A stretch of 64,000 bases of DNA from the human T2T-CHM13v2.0 reference genome, Homo sapiens, in NCBI RefSeq assembly GCF_009914755.1, contig NC_060933.1, one strand, 5' to 3'. Below the pieces are notes generated by a model. The model made no database searches. It was not told the origin of the DNA and was given only the letters and a program-made list of their open reading frames with translations. Numbering within the stretch: position 1 is the first letter of the stretch; each line of letters begins with the position of its first letter. The position numbers were made by a program, and so were the translations under genes. Positions 1 through 12,100 of the stretch are shown piece after piece.

Positions 1-2709
1 CAACCCGAGTGCAGGGGAATGGAATGGAATGGAATGCAATAGAATGGAATCATCCGGAATGGAATGGAATGGAATGGAATGCCATCAACCTGATGCAATG
101 GAATGGAGTGGAGTGGAATGGAATGGAATGTAAACTACCCGAATGGAATGGAATGTAATGGAGTGTAAGGGAATTGAATAGTATCAATCCGAATGTAATG
201 GAATGGAATGGAACGGAATGGAATGGAATGGAATGGAATGGAATGGAATGGAATCGTTCCGAGTGGAATAGGAGAGAATGTATTCGAGTGGAATGGAAAG
301 GAATGGAATCAACCAGAGTGGAATGGAAGGGAATGGAATGGAATGGAAACTAATAGATTAGATTGGAATCAACCCGAGTGGAATGGAATGGAAAGGACTG
401 AAATGGAATGGAATGGAATGGAATGGAATCAACTCGATTGCAATGGAATGGAATGGAATGGAATGGAACGGAATGGAATGGAATTAACCCGAATACAATG
501 GAATGGAATGGAATGGAATGGAATGGAACGGAATGGAGTGGAATGGAATGGATTCAACCCGAGTGCACGGGAATGGAATGGAATGGAATGCAATGGAATG
601 GAAACATCCGGAATGGAATGGAATGGAATGGAATGCAAAGCAATGGAATCAACTCGATTGCAATGGAAAAGAATGGAATGGAAAGGAATAGAATGGAATC
701 AACCTGATTGGAATGGAATGGAAAGGACTGGAATGGAGTGGAATGGAATGGAATGGAATGGAATGGAATGCAATGGAATGGTATGGAATGGAATGGAATG
801 GTACGGAATAGAATGGAATGGAACGAATTGTAATGGAATGGAATTGAATGGAATGGAATGGAATGGAATGGAATCAACGCGAGTGCAGGGGAATGTAATG
901 GAACGGAATGCAATGGAATGGAATCATCCGGAATGGAATGGAATGGAATGGAATGGAATGGAATGGAATCAACCCGAGTGCAATGGAATGGAGTGGAATG
1001 GAATGGAATGGAATGGAACAACCCGAATGGAATGGAATGTAATGGAGAGTAAGGGAGTTGAGTAGAATCAATCAGAATGTAATGGAATGGAATGCAACGG
1101 AATGGAATGGAATGGAATGCAATGGAATGGAATCAACCCGAGTACAATGGAATGGAATGGGATGGAATGGAATGCCTTCAAACCGAATGGAATGGAAAGG
1201 AATGGAATCAACACGAGTGGAATGGAATGGAATGGAATGGAATGGAATGGAATGGAATGATACGGAATAGGATGGAATGGAACGAAATGGAATGGAATGG
1301 AATGGACTGGAATGGAATGGAATGGAATGGAATCGTTCCGAGTGGAAAAAGGAGGGAAAGTATTCGAGTGGAATGGAAAGGAATGGAATCAACCAGAGTG
1401 GAATGGAAGGGAATGGAATGGAATGGAAACTAATAGAATGGAATCAACCCTAGTGGAATGGAATGGAAAGGACTGGAATGGAAAGGAATGGAATGGAATG
1501 GAATGGAATGGAATGGAATGGAATGGAATCAACGCGAGTGCAGGAGAATGGAATGGAATCGAATGGAATGGAATGGAATGGAATCAACCCGAGTGCAGGG
1601 GAATGTAATGGAACGGAATGCAATGGAAAGGAATCATCCGGAATGGAATGGAATGGAATGGAATGGAATAAACCCGAGTGCAATGGAATGGAGTGGAATG
1701 GAATGGAATGGAATGGAACAACCTGAATGGAATGGAATGTAATGGAGAGTAAGGGAGTTGAAAAGAATCAATCCGAATGTAATGGAATGGAATGGAACGG
1801 AATGGAATGGAATGGAATGGAATGGAATGGAATGCAATGGAAAGGAATCAACCCGAGTACAATGGAATGGAATGGAATGGAATGGAACGGAATGGAATGG
1901 AATGGAATGGAATGGAATGGAATCTTCCGTAATGGAATGGAATGGAATGGAATGGAATGCAATGGATTCAACTCGATTGCAATGGAATGGAATAGAATGG
2001 AATGGAATGGAATGGAATCGAATGGAATGGAATTAAACCGAATAGAATGGAATGCAATGGAATGGAACGGAACGGAACGGAACGGAACGGAACGGAGTGG
2101 AATGGAATGGAATGGAATTGTATGGAATGGAATGGAATGGTACGGAATAGAATGGAATGGAATGAATTGGAATGGAATGGAATCGAATGGAATGGAATGG
2201 AATGGAATGGAATCAACCCGAGTGCAATGGAATGGAGTGGAATGGAATGGAATGGAATGGAAAAACCCGAATGGAATGGAATGTAATGGAGAGTAAGGGA
2301 GTTGAATAGAATCATTACGAATGTAATGGAATGGAAAGGAATGGAATGGAATGGAATGGAATGCAATGGAATGGAATCAACCCGAGTACAATGGAATGGA
2401 ATGGAATGGAATGGAATGGAATGGAATGGAATGGAATGGAATGGAATGGAATCAACCCGAGTGCAATGGAATGGAGAGGAATGGAATGGAATGGAATGGA
2501 AACTACCCGAATGGAATGGAATGTAATGGAGTGTAAGGGAATTGATTAGAATCAATCCGAATGGAATGGAATGGAATGGAACGGAATGTAATGGAATGGA
2601 ATGGAATGGAATCAACCCGAGTGCAGGGGAATGGAATGGAATGGAATGCAATGGAATGGAATCATCCGGAATGGAATGGAATGGAATGCAATGGAATGGA
2701 ATCAACCCG

Positions 2710-5700
2710 AGTACAATGGAATGGAATGGAATGGAATGGAATGGAATGGAATGGAATGGAATGGAATGTCTTCAAACCGAATGGAATGGAAAGGAATGGA
2801 ATCAACACGAGTGGAATGGAATGGAATGGAATGGAATGGAATGATACGGAATAGAATGGAATGGAACGAAATGGAATCGAATGGAATGGAATGGAATGGA
2901 ATGGAATGGAATCGTTCCGAGTGGAATAGGAGGGAATGTATTCGAGAGGAATGGAAAGGAATGGAATCAGCAGAGTGGAATGGAAGGGAATGGAATGGAA
3001 TGGAAACTAATAGAATGGAATCAACCCGAGTGTAATGGAATGGAAAGGACTAGAATGGAATGGAATGGAATGGAATGGAATCAACTCGATTGTAATGGAA
3101 TGGAATGGAATGGAATGGAATGGAATGGAATTAACCCGAATACAATGGAATGGAATGGAATGGAATGGAATGGAGTGGAATGGAATGGAATCAACCCGAG
3201 TGCAGGGGAATGGAATGGAATGGAATGCAATGCAATGGAATCATCCGGAATGGAATGGAATGGAATGGAATGCAAAGCAATGGAATCAACTCGATTGCAA
3301 AGGAATGGAATGGAATGGAAAGGAATACATTGGAATCACCCCGAGTGGAATGGAATGGAAAGGACTGCAATGGAGTGGAATGGAATGGAATGGAATGGAA
3401 TGGAATGGAATCAACTCGATTGGAATGGAATGGAATGGAATGGAATGGAATGGAATTAACCCGAATAGAATGGAATGGAATGGAATGGAACGGAACGGAA
3501 CGGAACGGAATGAAATGGAATGGAATGGAATGGAATGGAATCGAATCAACCCGACTGCAGGGGAATGAAATGGAATGGAAAGCAATGGAATGGAATCATC
3601 CGTAATGGAATGAAAAGGAATGGAATGGAATGGAATGGAATGGAATGGAATGGAATCAACTCGATTGCAATCGAATGGAATGGAATGGAATTAACCCGAA
3701 TAGAATGGAATGGAATGGAATGGAACGGAACGGAACGGAACGGAACGGAATGGAATGGAATGGAATGGAATGGAATGGAAAGGAATGGAATGGAATGGAA
3801 TGGAATGGAATGGAATGGAATGGAATGGAATGGAATCAACGCGAGTGCAGGGGAATGGAATGGAATGGAATGCAATGGAATGGAATCTTCCGGAATGGAA
3901 TGGAATGGAATGGAATGGAATTGAATGGAATAAACCCGAGTGCAATGGAATGGAGTGGAATGTAATGGAATGGAATGGAACAACCCGAATGGAATGGAAT
4001 TTAATGGAGAGTAAGGGAGTTGAATAGAATCAATCCGAATGTAATGGAATGGAATGGAACGGAATGGAATTGAATGGAATGGAATGGAATGCAATGGAAT
4101 GGAATCAACCCGAGTGCAATGGAATGGAGAGGAATAGAATGGAATGGAAACTACCCGAATGGAATGGAATGTAATGGAGTGTAAGGGAATTGAATAGAAT
4201 CAATCCGAATGTAAAGGAATGGAATGGAACGGAATTGAATGGAATGGAATGGAATGGAATGGAATGGAATGCAATGGAATGGAATCAACCCGAGTGCAAT
4301 CGAATGGAATCGAATGGAATGGAATGCAATGGAATGGATTCAACTTGAATGGAATGGAAAGAATGGAATCAACACGAGTGGAATGGCATGGATTGGAATG
4401 GAATGGAATGGAATCAACCGGAGTACAGGGGAATGGAATGGAATGGAATGCAGTGGAATGGAATCATCCGTAATGGAATGGAAAGGAATGGAATGGAATG
4501 GAATGGAATGGAATGGAATGGAATGGAATCAACTCGATTGCAATCGAATGGCATGGAATGGAATTAACCCGAATAGAATGGAATGGAATGGAACGGAACG
4601 GAACGGAATGGAATGGAATGGAATGGAATGGAACGGAACGGAACGGAACGGAATGGAATGGAATGGAATGGAATGGAATGGAATCAACGCGAGTGCAGGG
4701 GCATGGAATGGAATGGAATGCAATGGAATGGAATCTTCCGGAATGGAATGGAATGGAATGTAATGGAATGAAATGCAATGGATTCAACTCGATTGAAATG
4801 GAATGGAATAGAATGGAATGGAATGGAATGGAATTAACCCGAATAGAATGGAATGGAATGCAATGGAACGGAATGGACCGGAATGGAATGGAATGGAATG
4901 CAATGGAAGGGTATGGAATGGAATGGAATGGTACGGAATAGAATGCAATGGAACGAATTGTAATGGAATGGAATTGAATGGAATGGAATGGAATGGAATG
5001 GAATCAACGCGTGTGCAGGGGAATGTAATGGAACGGAATGCAATGGAATGGAATCATCCGGAATGGAATGGAATGGAATGGAATGGAATGGAATGGAATC
5101 AACCCGAGTGCAATAGAATGGAGTGGAATGGAATGGAATGGAATGGAACAACCCGAATGGAATGGAATGTAATGGAGAGTAAGGGAGTTGAATAGAATCA
5201 ATCCGAATGTAATGGAATGGAATGCAACGGAATGGAATGGAATGGAATGGAATGGAATGCAATGGAATGGAATCAACCCGAGTACAATGGAATGGAATGG
5301 AATGGAATGGAATGGAATGGAATGCAATGGAATGGAATGGAATGCCTTTAAACCGAATGGAATGGAAAGGAATGGAATCAACACGAGTGGAATGGAATGG
5401 AATGGAATGGAATGGAATGGAATGATACGGAATAGAATGGAATGGAACGAAATGGAATGGAATGGAATGGAATGTAAGGGAATGGAATGGAATGGAATCG
5501 TTCCGAGTGGAATAGGAGGGAATGTATTCGAGTGGAATGGAAAGGAATGGTATCAACCAGAGTGGAATGGAAGGGAATGGAATGGAATGGAAACTAATAG
5601 AATGGAATCAACCCGAGTGGAATGGAATGGAAAGGACTGGAATGGAATGGAATGGAATGGAATCAACTCGATTGTAATGGAATGGAATGGAATGGAATGG

Positions 5701-8700
5701 ATTGGAATTAACCCGACTACAATGGAATGGAATGGAATGGAATGGAATGGAATGGAATGTCTTCAAACCGAATGGAATGGAAAGGAATGGAATCAACACG
5801 AGTGGAATGGAATGGAATGGAATGGAATGATACGGAATAGAATGGAATGGAACGAAATGGAATCGAATGGAATGGAATGGAATGGAATGGAATGGAATGG
5901 AATCGTTCCGAGTGGAATAGGAGGGAATGTATTCGAGAGGAATGGAAAGGAATGGAATCAGCAGAGTGGAATGGAAGGGAATGGAATGGAATGGAAACTA
6001 ATAGAATGGAATCAACCCTAGTGGAATGGAATGGAAAGGACTAGAATGGAATGGAATGGAATGGAATGGAATCAACTCGATTGTAATGGAATGGAATGGA
6101 ATGGAATGGAATGGAATGGAATTAACCCGAATACAATGGAATGGAAAGGAATGGAATGGAATGGAGTGGAATGGAATGGAATCAACCCGAGTGCAGGGGA
6201 ATGGAATGGAATGGAATGCAATGCAATGGAATCATCCGGAATGGAATGGAATGGAATGGAATGCAAAGCAATGGAATCAACTCGATTGCAATGGAATGGA
6301 ATGGAATGGAAAGGAATACATTGGAATCAGCCCGAGTGGAATGGAATGGAAAGGACTGGAATGGAGTGGAATGGAATGGAATGGAATGGAATGGAATCAA
6401 CTCGATTGGAATGGAATGGAATGGAATGGAATGGAATGGAATTAACCCGAATAGAATGGAATGGAATGGAATGGAACGGAACGGAACGGAATGGAATGAA
6501 ATGGAATGGAATGGAATGGAATGGAATGGAATCAACCCGACTGCAGGGGAATGGAATGGAATGGAAAGCAATGGAATGGAATCATCCGTAATGGAATGAA
6601 AAGGAATGGAATGGAATGGAATGGAATGGAATGGAATGGAATGGAATGGAATCAACTCGATTGCAATCGAATGGAATGGAATGGAATTAACCCGAATAGA
6701 ATGGAATGGAATGGAATGGAACGGAACGGAACGGAACGGAATGGAATGGAATGGAATGGAATGGAAAGGAATGGAATGGATTGGAATGGAATGGAATGGA
6801 ATGGAATGGAATGGAATGGAATCAACGCGAGTGCAGGGGAATGGAATGGAATGGAATGCAATGGAATGGAATCTTCCGGAATGGAATGGAATGGAATGGA
6901 ATGGAATGGAATGGAATTGAATGGAATAAACCCGAGTGCAATGGAATGGAGTGGAATGTAATGGAATGGAATGGAACAACCCGAATGGAATGGAATTTAA
7001 TGGAGAGTAAGGGAGTTGAATAGAATCAATCCGAATGTAATGGAATGGAATGGAACGGAATGGAATTGAATGGAATGGAATGGAATGCAATGGAATGGAA
7101 TCAACCCGAGTGCAATGGAATGGAGAGGAATAGAATGGCATGGAAACTACCCGAATGGAATGGAATGTAATGGAGTGTAAGGGAATTGAATAGAATCAAT
7201 CCGAATGTAATGGAATGGAATGGAACGGAATGGAATGGAATGGAATGGAATGGAATGGAATGCAATGGAATGGAATCAACCCGAGTGCAATCGAATGGAA
7301 TCGAATGGAATGGAATGCAATGGAATGGATTCAACTTGAATGGAATGGAAAGAATGGAATCAACACGAGTGGAATGGCATGGATTGGAATGGAATGGAAT
7401 GGAATCAACCGGAGTACAGGGGAATGGAATGGAATGGAATGCAATGGAATGGAATCATCCGTAATGGAATGGAAAGGAATGGAATGGAATGGAATGGAAT
7501 GGAATGGAATGGAATGGAATGGAATCAACTCGATTGCAATCGAATGGCATGGAATGGAATTAACCCGAATAGAATGGAATGGAATGGAATGGAACGGAAC
7601 GGAATGGAATGGAATGGAATGGAATGGAACGGAACGGAACGGAACGGAATGGAATGGAATGGAATGGAATGGAATGGAATCAACGCGAGTGCAGGGGAAT
7701 GGAATGGAATGGAATGCAATGGAATGGAATCTTCCGGAATGGAATGGAATGGAATGTAATGGAATGAAATGCAATGGATTCAACTCGATTGAAATGGAAT
7801 GGAATAGAATGGAATGGAATGGAATGGAATTAACCCGAATAGAATGGAATGGAATGCAATGGAACGGAATGGAACGGAATGGAATGGAATGGAATGCAAT
7901 GGAAGGGTATGGAATGGAATGGAATGGTACGGAATAGAATGCAATGGAACGAATTGTAATGGAATGGAATTGAATGGAATGGAATGGAATGGAATGGAAT
8001 CAACGCGAGTGCAGGGGAATGTAATGGAACGGAATGCAATGGAATGGAATCATCCGGAATGGAATGGAATGGAATGGAATGGAATGGAATGGAATGGAAT
8101 CAACCCGAGTGCAATAGAATGGAGTGGAATGGAATGGAATGGAATGGAACAACCCGAATGGAATGGAATGTAATGGAGAGTAAGGGAGTTGAATAGAATC
8201 AATCCGAATGTAATGGAATGGAATGCAACGGAATGGAATGGAATGGAATGGAATGGAATGCAATGGAATGGAATCAACCCGAGTACAATGGAATGGAATG
8301 GAATGGAATGGAATGGAATGGAATGGAATGGAATGGAATGCCTTTAAACCGAATGGAATGGAAAGGAATGGAATCAACACGAGTGGAATGGAATGGAATG
8401 GAATGGAATGGAATGGAATGGAATGATACGGAATAGAATGGAATGGAACGAAATGGAATGGAATGGAATGGAATGTAAGGGAATGGAATGGAATGGAATC
8501 GTTCCGACTGGAATAGGAGGGAATGTATTCGAGTGGAATGGAAAGGAATGGTATCAACCAGAGTGGAATGGAAGGGAATGGAATGGAATGGAAACTAATA
8601 GAATGGAATCAACCCGAGTGGAATGGAATGGAAAGGACTGGAATGGAATGGAATGGAATGGAATCAACTCGATTGTAATGGAATGGAATGGAATGGAATG

Positions 8701-8715
8701 GAATGGAATGGAATT
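2710..8715 (+). repeat. Tandem duplication of a ~3.0 kb satellite block (copy 1 ~2710-5715, copy 2 ~5716-8715)
   Basis: Rare variants recur at 2991-3001 bp offset: atgtcttcaaacc (2770/5761), aatcagcagag (~2965/~5956), gaatttaatggagag (~4000/~6996), gcctttaaacc (~5344/~8340), ggtatcaaccag (~5549/~8551). ORF pairs 3035/6026, 4818/7814, 5222/8223. Confidence 0.92.
3882..3896. promoter_or_regulatory. Canonical heat-shock element motif nGAAnnTTCnnGAAn (first perfect instance; recurs across the window)
   Basis: ggaatcttccggaat = g-GAA-tc-TTC-cg-GAA-t. Further copies at ~4730, 6868, 7726, 9599, 11237, 13478, 13538, 16428, 17762, 19380, 19750, 20808, 21496, 22513 and their duplicates. Motif match only; occupancy is not shown. 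Confidence 0.6.
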
Positions 8716-9175
8716 AACCTGAATACAATGGAATGGAATGGAATGGAACGGAATGGAGTGGAATGGAATGGAATCAACCCGAGTGCAGGGGAATGGAATG
8801 GAATGGAATGCAATGGAATGGAATCATCCGGAATGGAATGGAATGGAATGGAATGCAAAGCAATGGAACCAACTCGATTGCAATGGAATGGAATGGAATG
8901 GAAAGGAATACATTGGAATCAACCCGAGTGGAATGGAATGGAAAGGACTGGAATGGAGTGGAATGGAATGGAATGGAATGGAATGGAATCAACTCGATTG
9001 GAATGGAATGGAATGGAATGGAATGGAATTAACCCGAATAGAATGGAATAGAATGGAATGGAACGGAACGGAACGGAATGGAATGGATTGGAATGGAATG
9101 GAATAGAATGGAATGGAACGGAAAGGAATGGAATGGAATGGAATGGAATGGAATCAACCCGACTGCAGGGTAATG

Positions 9176-12100
9176 GAATGGAATGGAATGCAATGGAATG
9201 GATTCAACTTGAATGGAATGGAAAGAATGGAATCAACACGAGTGGAATGGTATGGATTGGAATGGAATGGAATGGAATCAACCCGAGTACAGGGGAATGG
9301 AATGGAATGGAATGCAATGGAATGGAATCATCTGTAATGGAATGGAAAGGAGTGGAATGGAATGGAATAGAATGGAATGGAATCAACTCGATTGCAATCG
9401 AATGGAATGGAATGGAATTAACCCGAATAGAATGGAATGGAATGGAATGGAACGGAACGGAACGGAATGGAATGGATTGGAATGGAATGGAATGGAATGG
9501 AATGGAACGGAAAGGAATGGAATGGAATGGAATGGTATGGAATGGAATGGAATCAGCGCGAGTGCAGGGGAATGGAATGGAATGGAATGCAATGGAATGG
9601 AATCTTCCGGAATGGAATGGAATGGAATCAACCCGAGTGCAATGGAATGGAGTGGAATGGAATGGAATGGAATGGAACAACCCGAAAGGAATAGAGTGTA
9701 ATGGAGAGTAAGGGAGTTGAATAGAATAAATCCGAATGTAATGGAATGGAATGGAACGGAATGGAATTGAATGGAATGGAATGGAATGCAATGGAATGGA
9801 ATCAACCCGAGTGCAATGGAATGGAGAGGAATGGAATGGAATGGAATGGAAGCTACCCGAATGGAATGGAATGTAATGGAGTGTAAGGGAATTGAATAGA
9901 ATCAATCCGAATGTAATGGAATGGAATGGAACGGAATGGAATGGAATGGAATGGAATGGAAGGGAATGGAATGCAATGCAATGGAATGGAATCAACCCGA
10001 GTACAATGGAATGGAATGGAATGGAATGGAATGGAATGGAATGATACGGAATAGAATGGAATGGAACGAAATGGAATGGAATGGTATGGAATGGAATGTA
10101 ATGGAATGGAATGGAATGGAATCGTTCCGAGTGGAATAGGAGGGAATGTATTCGAGTGGAATGGAAAGGAATGGAATCAACCAGAGTGGAATGGAAGGGA
10201 ATGGAATGGAATGGAAACTAATAGAATGGAATCAACCCGAGAGGAATAGAATGGAAAGGACTGGAATGGAATGGAATGGAATGGAATCAACTCGATTGTA
10301 AAGGAATGGAATGGAATGGAATGGAATGGAACGGAATTAACCCGAATACAATGCAATGGAATGGAATGGAACGGAATGGAGTGGAATGGAATGGAATCAA
10401 CCCGAGTGCAGGGGAATGGAATGGAATGGAATGCAATGGAATGGAATCATCCGGAATGGAATGGAATGGAATGGAATGCAAAGCAATGGAATCAACTCGA
10501 TTGCAATGGAATGGAATGGAATGGAATGGAAAGGAATACATTGGAATCAACCCGAGTGGAATGGAATGGAAAGGACTGGAATGGAGTGGAATGGAATGGA
10601 ATGGAATGGAATGGAATCAACTCGATTGGAATGGAATGGAATGGAATGGAATGGAATGAAATGGAATTAACCCGAATAGAATGGAATGCAATGGAATGGA
10701 ACGGAACGGAACGGAATGGAATGGAATGGAATGGAATGGAATGGAATGGAATGGAATGGAAACAACCCGACTGCAGGGGAATGGAATGGAATGGAATGCA
10801 ATGGAATGGATTCAACTTGAATGGAATGGAAAGAATGGAATCAACACGAGTGGAATGGCATGGATTGGAATGGAATGGAATGGAATCAACCCGAGTACAG
10901 GGGAATGGAATGGAATGGAATGCAATGGAATGGAATCATCCGTAATGGAATGGAAAGGAATGGAATGGAATGGAATGGAATGGAATGGAATGGAATGGAA
11001 TCAACTCGATTGCAATCGAATGGAATGGAATGGAATTAACCCGAATAGAATGGAATGGAATGGAATGGAACGGAACGGAACGGAACGGAATGGATTGGAA
11101 TGGAATGGAATGGAATGGAATTGAATGGAATGGAACGGAAAGGAATGGAATGGAATGGAATGGAATGGAATGGAATGGAATGGAATGGAATCAACGCGAG
11201 TGCACGGGAATGGAATGGAATGGAATGCAATGGAATGGAATCTTCCGGAATGGAATGGAATGGAATGGAATGGAATGCAATGCAATGGAATAAACCCGAA
11301 TGCAATGGAATGGAGTGGAATGGAATGGAATGGAATGGAACAACCCGAATGGAATGGAATGTAATGGAGAGTAAGGGAGTTGAATAGAATAAATCCGAAT
11401 GTAATGGAATGGAATGGAACGGAATGGAATTGAATGGAATGGAATGGAATGCAATGGAATGGAATCAACCCGAGTTCAATGGAATAGAGAGGAATGGAAT
11501 GGAATGGAATGGAAACTACCCGAATGGAATGGAATGTAGTGGAGTGTAAGGGAATTGAATAGAATCAATCCGAATGTAATGGAATGGAATGGAAAGGAAT
11601 GGAATGGAATGGAATGGAATGGAATGGAATGGAATGGAATGCAATGGAATGGAATCAACCCGAGTGCAACCGAATGGAATCGAATGGAATGGAATGCAAT
11701 GGAATGGATTCAACTTGAATGGAATGGAAAGAATGGAATCAACACGTGTGGAATTGCATGGATTCGAATGGAATGGAATGGAATCAACCCGAGTACAGGG
11801 GAATGGAATGGAATGGAATGCAATGGAATGGAATCATCCGTAATGGAATGGAAAGGAATGGAATGGAATGGAATGGAATGGAATGGAATGGAATAGAATG
11901 GAATCAACTCGATTGCAATCGAATGGAATGGAATGGAATTAACCCGAATAGAATGGAGTGGAATGGAATGGAACGGAACGGAATGGCATGGAATGGAATG
12001 GAATGGAACGGAAAGGGAGGGATTGGAATGGAATATAATGGAATGGAATCAACTCGATTGCAATGGAATGGAATGGAATGGAATTAACCCGAATAGAATT

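Noticed and set aside
1046-1056. AG|GTAAG-like splice donor (gagtaaggg; gagtaagtgag at ~14029)
   Set aside because: No polypyrimidine tract or acceptor context on the + strand and no transcript evidence; the motif alone is insufficient.
1040-1085. Recurrent ~40 bp GAGAGTAAGGGAGTTGAATAGAATCAATCCGAAT motif resembling a CRISPR direct repeat
   Set aside because: Spacing is irregular (hundreds of bp), the intervening sequence is satellite rather than unique spacers, and there are no cas genes. The motif is in pentamer register and is a diverged satellite segment.
9726-9731. AATAAA polyadenylation-like hexamers (also ~1667, 3929, 11388, 23701)
   Set aside because: Single-base variants of AATCAA in the satellite; no supporting downstream elements or expression data.
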